Shown here: in pieces, positions 14,501 to 27,743 of the stretch | Layout: each line of letters opens with the position of its first letter | How positions within the stretch are numbered: the stretch's first letter is position 1 | Origin: Octopus sinensis | Taxonomy: Eukaryota | Length of the DNA: 64,000 nt | Assembly: GCF_006345805.1 (NCBI RefSeq) | Contig: NC_043014.1 | Span: 54,746,001-54,810,000 of the forward strand | Direction: 5' to 3' | Notes under the pieces: generated by a model | Told to the model about the DNA's origin: nothing | The model's input: only the letters and a program-made list of their open reading frames with translations | The model's database searches: none | Translations under genes and position numbers: made by a program

Positions 14501-16102
14501 GTGTGTAATCCGACTTTCTCTACTTGCATCAAATGAGATTTGTTGAGGCAGGTTTCCTATGACTGGGATGCTCTTCCTGTTGCCAACCTCCACTTGCTCC
14601 CAAGCAAGCTAGTAACATTTCCCCATAATTCTTGGAGTATACACAGCATACTTGGCCAGACATGTTTCCAGGCCAGGATTCCGTACATTTGGTGTCAAGG
14701 GAAGCTGACATGGACAGACACGAATATATATATATACACGTTGATATTTGTGTATTTTATTTCCCAGCCTCATGTGGCATGACTTCTGGGGGTTATATTC
14801 TACAGTTGGGTCACCTTGCTGATATAAACTCTCCTTTCCTGTGGCCAAGAAGATAATTTGTTTATATGCTACATGAAGCGTTGCCACAACCCATGTGATG
14901 TCCATGGGAAAACGTGTGGAGACAAACACATACACGTGTACATATATTTGTATACACGTGTGTATTTGTGTGTACATATATTTGTATACATACTCATATG
15001 TAGGTGTGAAGGTGCATGGCTGAGTGCTTACGATCGTGAGGTTGTGAGTTCGATTCCCGGGCCGGACCGCGTGTTGCGTTCTTGGGCAAGACGCTTTATT
15101 TCACGTTGCTCCAGTCAGTTCACTGTGGTGCCAAGAGGGAAGGTTGGTATGCTGGCCTTCCATAAGCAACCTTGCCCGGACTTGTGCCTTTGAGGGTAGC
15201 TTTCTAGGTGCAATCCTATGGTCATTCATGACCGAAGGGGGTCTCCTACCCCCCCTCCCCCCTCTCTCTCTATATATATATGTATATGTGCATGTATGTA
15301 TAAAAACTATATATTTATATGGGCGGCGAGTTGGCAGAAACGTTAGCACGCCGGGCGAAATGCTTACGTTGTGAGTTCAAATTCCGCCGAGGTCGACTTT
15401 GCTTTTCATCCTTTCGGGGTCGATAAATAAAGTACCAGTTACGCACTGGAGTCGATGTAATCGACTTAATCCCTTTGTCTGTCCTTGTTTGTTCCCTCTG
15501 TGTTTAGCCCCTTGTGGGTAGTAAAGAAATATATATATTTATGTGTGTGTTTGTGTATTTACATGCTGTGTATATATATCTATATACACACATATATGTA
15601 TGTATATGTTTTTCTGAATCTATAAGTCCTGTATACCCCTGCTTGTATTGAAACCAACCCAGCTGGTGATCGAACGTGTTTTGATAGGTCGTCACTGGTA
15701 GTCAGGAGTTTGGTTTAGTCGGTTACACTTTGGTGAATCGACCATCACACCTTGTCGGCCTTCCCAAAGGAGCGACACGGGGGAGGGCTGCACTAGCATT
15801 CCACTGGTACCGGGTCGACGTGAATTGAAGGGTTTTGCTCATGCACAAAGTACTTCAGGCCCCCTTGGAAATCGAACCCACCACTTAATGTATCATCTGT
15901 TACGTCCCCCAACCACAAAGGTCTGCGCTCTTATCTATGTGTGTGTGCGCGTATGTTAGAAGTCTGTGTTTATGTTCCCCCTAACTTGGCAGATCGGCAA
16001 AAGAGACCGATGGAATAAGTACCAGGCTTTAAAAAAAAGTACTGAGATCGATTCGTTTGACTTAAATTCTTCGTGTGCGTATGGATATATACATGTATAT
16101 AC

Positions 16103-16154
<52 letters not shown>

Positions 16155-16288
16155 TCATCATCGTTTAACGTCCGTTTTCCATGGGTTGGACGGTTCGACC
16201 GGGGTCTGGTAAGCCAGGAGGCTGCGCCAGACTCCAATATATATATATATATCCTTTATCGTTAAAGGTGCCAAACTGGATATAACCA

Positions 16289-16323
<35 letters not shown>

Positions 16324-19300
16324 ATATATACACACACACACTTCTGCATATAGAACAGTGTGTGTATGTGTTTCCTAACTAGTGACGCTGTATCCAGGTA
16401 GACGTATGTGTGCGAGTACATACCTGCATACTCACCCGTTTATTATCTGAACGAGGGGAGGGGCGTCGTTTATTTTATTCGGTTATCTGCTCTGATCGGA
16501 AGAGAAAAAAAATTGAAAAGAACTGAAGCCACACTGAAAATTCTTAGGTAAAAAGAAAGGAAGAAATCGTGTTTGTAGAGTTTTAATGTCATCGAATCCA
16601 TAGAAATGTGTAAGAAATACTGGGTATTATTTTAGAATTAATGATATTTCACAAAGTCAAAATAAGGAAAGACAACGTCACGTCATGAATCGTTTAAGAG
16701 ACTCAAATATGGAAATTTAATGAGGCATGGCGTAGACAACGTGACGGTTGTTGAGTTTATTCGAAGATAATTCAGGTAGAAACGGGTGATTATTGAGGGG
16801 TGAATGTCCCTGGTCACTGGGTGTTTGATAGGTTTCTGTCACGTGTTTGATTTGTCAGCGCCAGGCGTGGCTGGCTTCCCAATTACGTGGTTTAGGGTTC
16901 AGTACTACTGCGCGGTCCCGTGAGCAAGTGTTTTCTGGTATAGTCCTGGGCCGACTAAAACCTTGTGGGTGGATTCGGTACACAGAGACTGAAAGGGGTT
17001 CGCCTCTGTGTTGACGTATAAGCAATGGTTGTTTGCTTTCTTCCATGGGGGAAATATTACCTTGTTTTGTAAACAGGTGTGAGGGTTGGCGACAGGTAGA
17101 GTATCCAGCCGCAACGAATTCCGTCCGACTGATGCCAGCATGGAAAAACGGACTTTAAACAACGATGATGATGATGAGCGGTGACTTTTGACGGAGATGC
17201 GTGAATTTCAAACGGCATCGATTTCGTCTTGTTCATCGAACTGTTTTCGAGTAAAGTCGCAGACGGTCGATAGGTTTCGTGGTTGAGGACTGGAAGAATT
17301 ATCTGTGTCTGATTTTGTCTCATCCTCGCCGTCCCTGCATTCTCCATGTTTGTCTGTGACTATTAAAACTGTGAAAGGAGGTGCTCGATCATATCTCGTG
17401 TCTCCTTTCACGGTTTCACCTAATCCACTAAGCCTCTTCGAACTTTTCCTAATCCCAGCAGTTCGTTAAGTTCTTAGTAATATCAGTGCTTGCTGGTTGG
17501 TCTAACCGCTTCCCTTCACGCTCACAGCTACCAATGCACAGTTCATAGAACCAGCGATGCGCTCCCAAGAATTACAGTCATGTACAATTGATCCTTTCCT
17601 TGACCCCTTTTTGTATGCCCTCGAAAATGTTTCGCTGACAATATTTCTTCATCGTTAAAGCGTCGAGCCAACAGAACCGTTAGCACGCCGGGCTAAATGC
17701 TTAGCATCTGTCTTAACGTTCTGAGTTCACATTCCGCCGAGGTCGATTTTACCTTTCATCCTTTCGGGGTCGATAAAGTACCAGTCAAGTACTAATTCAA
17801 GCCTTGTGCTATAGTAGAAAGGATTATTATTAAGGCGGCAAGCTGGCAGAATCGTTAGCGTGATGGACGAAATGCTTAGCGGGATTTCGTCTGCCGCTAC
17901 GTTCTGAGTTCAAATTCCGCCGAGGTCGACTTCGCCTTTCATCCTTTCAGAGTCAATTAAATAAGTACCAGTTACACACTGGGGGTCGATGTAATGGACT
18001 TCATCCTTTCCTCCCAAATCTGAGGCGTTGTGCTTCCAGTAGAAAAAGATTATTGTTAAGTCTTCCGATACGGATGACGAGTGATTTATCAGTGCTCGTG
18101 ACGGTGATGCAGAGGTCAATTCGAACTGCGACCCCTCAGCATTCTATGTCCCGGTGAGCGCAAGTGTTGTTTCTCCGACCAATGCAAGCCAAAAGAATCC
18201 ATTTTCATCAGAATTGTACAAATTGCTCGTGCTTATAATTCTCTTGGAGCCGAGGTGTTGCAGTTATTCTCTTCATTCCACCGTGGACCTGAGTTCTCCA
18301 AACAGGGCTGAGTTGTCCCTTTACGATCTTTGCCATGCAATGATCAGGTTTTTGCCGTTTCATCGGCCTTGAGTATTATGTACAACGAAACACCCACGGA
18401 AACTGACAATTTTATTTTCGTATTTCTCCCTTCATTGAAATAAGGGACCTTAGAGAAAGAAGGAGAAAATCTCGTCTAACATCTTTAAAAAAAATTCATT
18501 CACATGTGAGAATGTCGAGTGACGGTTCCCTGGGATTATCACCTCGATGACAGTTGACCCCAATATAAGCCGTCACTGGTTTCAAGTACTTAATCCCCGC
18601 TGCTCTGAAATTCTAAGTTCAAAACTTGTCTTTAACCACCCCGGGATGTTTAATGTTGTTGAGCGACGACTCCATCTGATCGAAGGTATTACCGGTCTTG
18701 GCCATTCTGGAGCTACCTATATCACTCAATACGTCCTTCCTTCTTTAAAAACGGTGGGGTTTAAGGTTGCTATCTATAGAGGTTCTTCACAGAGTTGTCG
18801 TATAAACTTAATCCAGCAGACGTGGGAACAAGAGCTTTCCAACCGTGTCTACCCCGTCTTTTTTTAGCGGTATTTTAAAGTACTCTGTCCAATATGCCTC
18901 ACCCCCCCCCCTTACCTTTTTTCTTTTCTTTATTAAAAAGACGATAGGGATAAAATGACTATTATATTTAGCAGGTCGGATGGCCACGTAAATGGTGACT
19001 CACTCCTCAAGAAGTCATTTACCAGTATGGAATTCGAACGTGTGTATCACCCCCTTTCTGCCTCGTGCAGATTATTCTGTGAGCGGGGGGTGAGGGTGAG
19101 GACGGGGGTTAGAAACACGTTATTTTCTGTAATGAACACCGAATGATTTGGTGTGAAACCTCAGGAGTGGGTGAGAGGGGGGTACTTCCGATCGACCCAA
19201 TTCGGTGGTAGCGGTGTCAGCGTCAGCGGCGGTGTCGGAGTTTGCGTCAGCGTTTTATCACCATTCAGAATAAAACAGCTGTAAATGGTGGCAAGCGGTG

Positions 19301-22300
19301 TCGGGGCGAATTTTCAGGCTCCAAATATCATCCCCGAATTAAGCAGACGAGTCGTTCGGTTCGCTCCCGCTGCGCGACCTTCCCACTTCCTTCCTTTTCT
19401 TTTTTTTTTTTTTTTTTTTGTCTAGAATTACATTGCACAATGTATCTTTTTTTCTTTTCGTATTTTTTTCTTCTTCTTCTTCAAACCAATAACAGGGGTG
19501 TGTTTTGAAGAAGCTTTTGGCTGCCATTTCTAGCAGGTCGATGCCTTAATTTCCCCCCTCCCCCTCTCTCTCTCTCGAAGCGTTTGGCTGCCATTTCTAG
19601 CAGGTTGATGCCTTAATTTCCCCCCTCCCCCTCTCTCTCTCTCGAAGCGTTTGGCTGCCATTTCTAGCAGGTTGATGCCTTAATTTCCCTCCCTCCTTCC
19701 CTCTCTCTCTCGAAGCGTTTGGCTGCCATTTCTAGCAGGTTGATGCCTTAATTTCCCTCCCTCCCTCTCTCTCCCGAAGCGTTTGGCTGCCATTTCTAGC
19801 AGGTTGATGCCTTCATTTCCCTCCCCCCCTCTCTCTCTGCTTGTGGGAATCTGAGCTATTTCGTGTCGACAGCCAAACACGGCTGACGAATGTCTTCTTC
19901 ACATCAAACGCAACAACAACAATAAAGATATGACGTCTTTCTCTTTTTAATGAATAGAGAAGAAGAGAAACAAAAATGTCGAAGAGAGAGAGAGTCGTTT
20001 GACGTCTTCCCGTTTCACTTTGTCTCCTCCGCCAAAGAAAGCCAGACATAAGTAAATAAGCGAGCGAAGGAGGGGGGGAACCTTGACCCCAGTGGTTCCA
20101 ATTTGTCACGTTTTTAAGGCGAAACGCATTCGGAATATATTAGGTTATTTCCCGGCAGCTGAAAATAAATTTACTGTAAAAAAAAAAAATTATTCTTTTG
20201 TCTTAACGCAGAGCCCGTTTCTTATCCGTGTGGAGTGGTTTTGTTAAATATTTTGCTTTTAATAAACACAAAACAAGGTGTGGCGACCGAAACAAACAGG
20301 AACTGATCTTGTCCTTGTTAAGAGTTTAAAAAACATTTTTGTTTTTCACTGAGTGGTGGTCAGTAATTAGCCTGGGGCTCCCCGACTTCTGTCTAAGTAA
20401 TATATATTTCTTTACTACCCACAAGGGGCTAAACACAGAGGGGACAAGCAAGGACAGACAAAGCGATTAAGTCGATTCCATCGACCCCAGTGCGTAACTG
20501 GTACTTTATTTATCGACCCCGAAAGGATGAAAGGCAAAGTCAACCTCGGCGGAATTTGAACTCAGAACGTAACGGCAGACGAATTGAGTTCAAATTCCGC
20601 CGAGGTTGACTTTACCTGAATTAATTTGATCGGATCCTTTCTTATCCCCTAATCTCTGTGTTTTCACCACCGCCGAAACCTGAACTCGGGGTTTCACGGC
20701 GCTCTATTGCTTCCACGGTCCACGCGTTATTTCCGGGGTTAACTTTAACCTCACGTCCTTTCGGGGTCTGCGAAATATATTACCAGTCAAATATTGGGAT
20801 CGAAGGCATGGACTGATCGATTCTCTTGAAAATTGTTGGCCTTGTTGTACCTGGCAGAACCGTTGGAAGGTTGCAAAAAAAAAAAGTTTTGATTTCAAGT
20901 TCCGCTGAGATCAACTTCGCCTTTCAACCTTTCGGGGTCGGTAAAATAAATTACCACTCAAGTATCGGGGTCGATGCTATCGACTGGTCCCCTCCACCGA
21001 ATTCAGGCCCTGTGCTTTACCGCGCCGGACCAAAATATTTAGCGGCATCTCGTGAGTTCAAATTCCGCTTAAGCTAACTTTGCCTCTCATACTTTCGGGG
21101 TCAATAAAATAAGTACTAATCGAACAGTGGGGTCAATGTAATCGACTTAATCTCCCCCCCTCCGCCGCGAAATTGCTGGCCTTGTACCGAAATTTGAAAC
21201 CAATATTGTCTTTTATAGGTATGTTACCAAATGATGTCTTTAGTTGGTTTCTTCCCCAGTTCTGACAACAACCCGAGTCTATTATTCCTCCAGTTTCTGG
21301 GGGTTTTTTTTTTATGTTGTTACAGTTCAGGAAAGGGCAACATTTATTTTATATCGTCATCTTTTTGTGGGGGACATGAAGAGGCTATCGTCGCCGTGAC
21401 TTGGGCCTTGAAACCTCGGCACCGAGCGATCAAATGGCGCCAGTACCGTTTCGCACCTTACTTCCTCGATTAATTTTTCGTTTGGCACCTGACAGTTTCA
21501 CTATTTCGTCTTTTCTGAACACTTCTGCTTCTTTCTTTTCCATTTTACGCCCACATTCAAAGATAACCGATCACATAAGTCTTTGTGGTTGCTTGTTCTG
21601 CTAGAAATAGAACCAAATCAACCTCATTTTAATGGTTCAACATCCCAGATGATCCTGTCAACCCCCCCAAGTTAAGATAGATTAGAATTTGTCAGTTTTA
21701 AATGCGACTTTGTTTATCTGTAGACCCCTTCCTGCGCGAAGAGACTTATGGTCGAAGATATTCCGAACGTGGCCACCTCGTCATTTTTAGGACATTTGAG
21801 GCGTTTACTCAGTCTTTCCCCCTTTTTACGATCATGGCTGTGATTAGTCATTCCACACAGAAGACATCTTAACATGATTTGACGGAAGCCAATGGAGGAA
21901 TCTCTTAGTGGTCGTTCGACACACTAGAAATAGCAGCCAAATTACCTTTTCCATCTCCCTCTCCGTCTTGAAAGAAAGGAAGAGAGGGACGCGTTAAATA
22001 AAATAATGTAGTCCTCGGTACACAGCATCTGTAAGGAGAATGAAATGGCACCCCCATGCCTTTTATCACGGTTCTGCTCACTCAAACAAGGGCCAGTACA
22101 CTTCGCTCAAAATTAAGAAAATCTTTTAAATAAATTATCAAACTGTAAAAGAACTTGGTTTCCCGAACCCCAGAAGGATGGGGTTTGTGTTTTTTTTTTT
22201 TTTTCTCCTGAGAACTTCCTATAAGTGACAGAGACATGGTGACCCATTTTCTCTGGTTGGGGGAGGCAGGTGTCTAAAAATAAGCGACAGGTCCGAGACA

Positions 22301-25300
22301 GGTGGGCGAAAAACTTTTATTTAGCAGCCATTGAATCGGTGATATTTTTATAACATTCCCTCCAATTAAAGTAAAAAAAAAACTTCCCTCGCCGCCGCCG
22401 CCCCCGCCGCTATGTTTGGGCTCCAGAGAAGGAAGAAGGGTTTATAGACAGTTGTGGAGAGTAGAGGGATGGCGGAGGTGGGGGTGGGGGGCTGTCGGGT
22501 CGGGAACGGAAATTAGGAAGTCTTCATCCGTAGGAAAACCGTGTTATTATTAATGTGACTTCCTGCCGTCTGTGTGTGTGTGGGGGGGTGGTAAAAGAGG
22601 GTGGAGTAATGATGTGTCGGTTGGAACCTGTTAAGAAAGGATGTGTTTTAATGTATTTTCGAGAACAGGTCAGCTCCGTACGTGTAAAGCGAGGAGACTG
22701 TGTTACTGTGTTACACGATTATTTTGTGTGTTTGTGCGATGAAGTGATGGAAAGAAAGCGGCTGCTACGAGAGCAGCACTGCGATACTCCGAGTTTATAA
22801 GAGTTTATAAGGTGGCGTGTGCGGGAGAGAGTATTTGACCACGAATGGTAGAACTCTGGGTAAAGTGTCTTCATTATGTGTCCTTCTGTTCTAAGTTCAA
22901 ATCCTAGGTATGGCGGGGGAGGCAATAAAATAACCTATTTCTTTACTGCCCACAAGGGGCTAAACACAGAGGGGACAAACAAGGACAGATAAACGGATTA
23001 AGTCGATTACATCGACCCGAGTATGCAACTGGTATTTATTTTAATCGACTCCGAAAGGATGAAAGGCAAAGTCGACCTCGGCGGAATTTGAACTCGGAAC
23101 GTAGCATCAGACGAAATACTGCCAAGCATTTCGCCCGGCGTGCTAACGATTCGGCCAACTCGCCGCCCTTAAAATGTTTAGCCTACCCCCCCCAGCTCAG
23201 TACCCCCTGACTGTGAACAGACCTATCGACAAAGGTTTTTTCTGGACTGTATCAACGTGTCCATTTTGTAAAAGAGGAGGATGTGAGTTGAGGGAGACTT
23301 GGGGTCTATTTCTAGCCTGTTGTCGTGTGCTAGACAGCTGTTTCTGCTCTGAGCCGCTCTGCACTCAAACACTCATCGACTGGGTTCTGTCTTTCTGGTT
23401 TGATCTCTCTCACGCACATTCGTAGAAAACTTGAAAAGTAGTTGCCAACTCTGTTTGTAGCTCTCGACCTTGCAACCCACTTCTCACCGAATCCCTTGGC
23501 TATTTCCACTGCAAACTGGATTTTATTTTTCTTTCTTTCTGTAAAAGAACGGAAGAAAAATATTCATTTTACTCAACCGAGAATGAATCACTCTCTCTTC
23601 CGTTGTTTGATGTTTAACGATCTGTTTTCTTTTGTTTTTATGATTTCATCACATAAATCATAAAACTTGGATTTAAAAAACTTTTCTCCCTGATTCGACT
23701 AACATATTAAAGACATGCCACTTGCGACCATCCCATCATTGTTGTATGGCTAATATACTACGTTACCCACCTTTTTTTAGTCTATGAATACTATGGTGTG
23801 ATTTAACAGAGCATTAGCTGCTATTTCTAGCAAGTCGAACGATCGTGTACAGGTTTTTGAATAAGTGAAATCACTTTTGTTTCCTCTTCTCTTTTCGATG
23901 GGCGACGGCGGAAAACGCAGAAAATGGACTTCGCTGGTTACAAATCACTTCCTCCTTTAATATTATATAATATAACCATTTGCTGGTAGAACCGTTTTAG
24001 CACGCCGGACAAAATGCTTAGCGCCATTTCGTCCGTCTTCACGTTCTGAGTTCAAATGTCACCGAGGTCGACTTTACCATCTCATCCTTTCAAGGTCGAT
24101 AAAATAAATACCAGTTGTGCACTGGAGGGTCGTCCCTTGAAATTGCTGGCCTTGTGTTCAAATTTGAATACGCTGTTTGAATACGCGATTTCTTTTCCTT
24201 AATTAAGCCTTTCTGTCTTGAAATCCTTGAAATGGAAGTGTTGAGATATATATTCAAATCTCCGATTGAACATAGCGCAGGAGTGGCTCTGTGTGGTAAG
24301 TAGCTTGCTAACCAGCCACATGGTTCTGGGTTCAGTCCCACTGCGTGGCATCTTGGGCAAGTGTCTTCTGCTATAGCCCCGGGCCGACCAATGCCTTGTG
24401 AGTGGATTTGGTAGACGGAAACTGAAAGAAGCCCGTCGTACATATGTATATATATATGTGTGTGTATGTGTTTGTCCCCCCTAGCATTGCTTGACAACCG
24501 ATGCTGGTGTGTTTACGTTCCCGTCACTTAGCGGTTCGGCAAAAAGAGACCGATAGAATAAGTACTGGGCTTACAAAAGAATAAGTCCCGGGGTTGAGTT
24601 GCTCGACTAAAAGGCGGTGCTCCAGCATGGCCGCAGTCAAATGACTGAAACGAGTAAAAGAGTATAGCAAATATTAAGATTTCAAGAAATAAACATGATC
24701 CACCCCCACCCCCCACCGCGTGGGTCCCTTTTCATCGATTGTTGAATGGCATACCGGGGACGGGTTGGGGTGAGCAAGTTACAGGTCTCCTGTGACAGAG
24801 GGAATGACAACGAAGTGTCTGTAATCACCAGACACACGCGCTGGCGAGCAAACAGTTCCATCCGTATTCCATTCACAAGATAATCTTTGGCTATGGAAAT
24901 TGTCGCTCAAACTGCACTTAAACTGTTCCACTACCGCGGACCGATCCTGTCGCCTCCGTTGTGTCAACCTTATGGAAGCACTCCGTCGGTTACGACGACG
25001 AGGGTTCCGGTTGATCCGAATCAACGGAACAGCCTGCTCGTGAAATTAACGTGTAAGTGGCTGAGCACTCCACAGACACGTGCACCCTTAACGTAGTTCT
25101 CGGGGATATTCAGGGTGACACAGAGAGTGACAAGGCCGGCCCCTTGAAATACAGGTACAACAGAAACAGGAAGTAAGAGTGAGAGAAAGTTGTGGTGAAA
25201 GAGTACAGCAGGGATCACCACCATCCCCTGCCGGAGCCTCGTGGAGCTTTTTAGGTGTTTTCGCTCAATAAACACTCACAACGCCCGGTCTGGGAATCGA

Positions 25301-27712
25301 AACCGCGAGTCCGCTGCCCTAACCACTGGGCCATTGCGCCTCCTGTCAACCTTACACAGCTGCAGAGACTCAACAGTGGAGAATTAAGAGACTCTCATCT
25401 TCTTTTATTCTGGCCTCGTCTGAATTGCTTGTGGAAGATAAAAGTCTAGTACCCTAGAATAGTTACAGTGGAAAGCGTGAGGCGGTTTGGGGCATGGCCG
25501 GAGAGGTCTTTGCTGTCGGTGCCGTGCACTGGAATCAGGTCAGAAGCACCTGACTTGCAAAATCGATGTCTTCTTCAACAGCACGCGGCTGTTTGCCCAT
25601 CAAAACAGGTGACGAGATATATATAAACAAAAGTGAGGGCAGTTGGATCGATACGCTGGCGCCGATTTTATTTATCGAGCAGCTGTACGTAGCTTTGAAG
25701 ACGGAAAAAAAATCCATAGAAAGAAACACACAAATCTGTGGCCATAGATAGTGTTTTTATGGTGTTATTCCGATCTGTTTATAGCAAAACTTCCTCATTA
25801 CAGACCGACTACCTAAAGAAATTGATAGATCTTGTTCAACTGCTCTCTCTTTGTCGGTATTCCTTTCTCTCGCCGTTGTTCTAACAAATACGCGAATGTC
25901 TAAGCTTCGCAAAGACAAACAGGGTCGAACCGTGACTGGATGTCATCGTCCTGTCTTCGCGTTACCTATTTCTATTTACAATAAATAAACCATTCTAGTT
26001 GTGTCGACACACTTCATTGGTTTTTGTCTCTGAGTTATCGCCTCCTGTTTCTATATTCCTCGTCCGATGTTAACCTCTGCTGCTTCTTCTTCATCGATAC
26101 CAATATTGTCCCTTGGCAAACTGGCAGAATCGATAGTTTGCCGGACAAAACGGTTCGCGGCATTTCTTCCCGCAAAATAAGGGACCAGTTAAGCACTAGA
26201 GCAGTGGTTTTCAACCAGGGTTCCGCCAGTACAGTCCAGGGGTTCCGCAAGAAGTTACAAAACTGCTAAAATCATCAGTAATTTTTAATTCTCCTGTGCA
26301 GATATGTGTGCATTAGACTATTAAATTATTGCACAGGGGTTCCTCGAGCCAGTGGAATGTTTCCTTGGGGTTCCGCTCCAGCAAAAAGTTTGAAAAGCAC
26401 TGCACTAGAGGGTAAATGTAATCGATTACTGTCCTCGCCCTCGAAATTTCGGGCCTTGTACCTTTAAACAGAAAGGATTAATTTAAGTTACAATACGAAC
26501 TCAAGCCAAACATAGCCAGCGGCAAGGTTTCGATTCCCAACCATAGCCATTCTATTTCACGCGTGTTGCCTTTAGGATAGTTAAAAACACGGGAAAACCT
26601 TCACACACCTAATTTTGGGGTGGTTTCATAAATGAGTCGGGAACCGTTTTCCATTCTTTTTTCTTTCACTTACAAAAATATTATAAGAAGGTCCAGGACT
26701 GTTGTGTAAATTTTAAAGGGTGACCACTTCAACTAATGTTTATTGTGGAAGCACTCCGTCGGTTACGACGACGAGGGTTCCGGTTGATCCGAATCAACGG
26801 AACAGCCTGCTCGTGAAATTAACGTGTAAGTGGCTGAGCACTCCACAGACACGTGCATCCTTAACGTAGTTCTCGGGGATATTCAGCGTGACACAGAGAG
26901 TGACAAGGCCGGCCCCTTTGAAATACAGGTACAACAGAAACAGGAAGTAAGAGTGAGAGAAAGTTGTGGTGAAAGAGTACAGCAGGGATCACCACCATCC
27001 CCTGCCGGAGCTTTAGGTGTTTTCGCTCAATAAACACTCACAACGCCCGGTCTGGTAATCGAAACCGCGATCCTATGACCGCGAGTCCGTTGCCCTAATC
27101 ACTGGGCCATTGCGCATCCACACTAATGTTTATTATCTCCTTCTCCTTCTCAATACTGTGTGTGCTGTACTACTGTTAACTGGAATCGAACCTGTCTTTG
27201 ATTCCACAGGCCTTAACTCAACAAATGTTTGTGTGTGGTGACTCCCACGTCCACAGTTCTTCCGTGAACGGTTGAATCACAAGCGACGGCTCCGTTCAAC
27301 AAGCGTCACGCTATCGTCATTCATGGTTGTTGCCGATCCTTTTGCGTCACTAACATTTCTTGTCAAAAGATACAAATGACACATTTCTATCCTCCACCTC
27401 CTTACACACGCACACGTGTGTGTGTATATGGATGGAGAGAGAGCTACAGACAGGTGGATAGATAGACAGGTGGATAGATGGATAGGTCCGAGGCTTTGAT
27501 TTTCTTTTCTTTTTTTATCTTTTTTTACTTGTTTCAGTCATTTGACTGCGGCCATGCTGGAGCACCGCCTTTAGTCGAACAAATCGACCCCGGGACTTAT
27601 TCTTTGTAAGCCCAGTACTTATTCTATCGATCTCTTTTGCCGAACCGCTAAGTGACGGGGACGTAAACACACCAGCATCGGTTGTCAAGCAATGCTAGGG
27701 GGACAAACACAG

Positions 27713-27743
<31 letters not shown>

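Noticed and set aside
17208-17411. Minus-strand ORF ([16 protein letters not shown]...EIDAV*) that looked like a terminal exon of a nested gene
   Set aside because: No recognisable homology and no partner exons found; it abuts a SINE tail.
18547-18867. 106-aa plus-strand ORF and its antisense frame
   Set aside because: No recognisable motif; the antisense frame has several stops.
19195-19280. Minus-strand peptide ...[10 protein letters not shown] resembling the start of a WW domain
   Set aside because: The rest of the WW signature is absent, there is an upstream in-frame stop and no ATG, and the splice sites are weak.
19510-19838. CRISPR-like repeat-spacer appearance of this array and of the 1.7-2.0-kb minisatellite
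   Set aside because: The spacers are related low-complexity tracts rather than unique sequences, and the context is a eukaryotic gene with no cas genes.
25770-26085. Possible solo LTR (AATAAA followed by U5-like sequence)
   Set aside because: Could not define TG...CA termini or a TSD.
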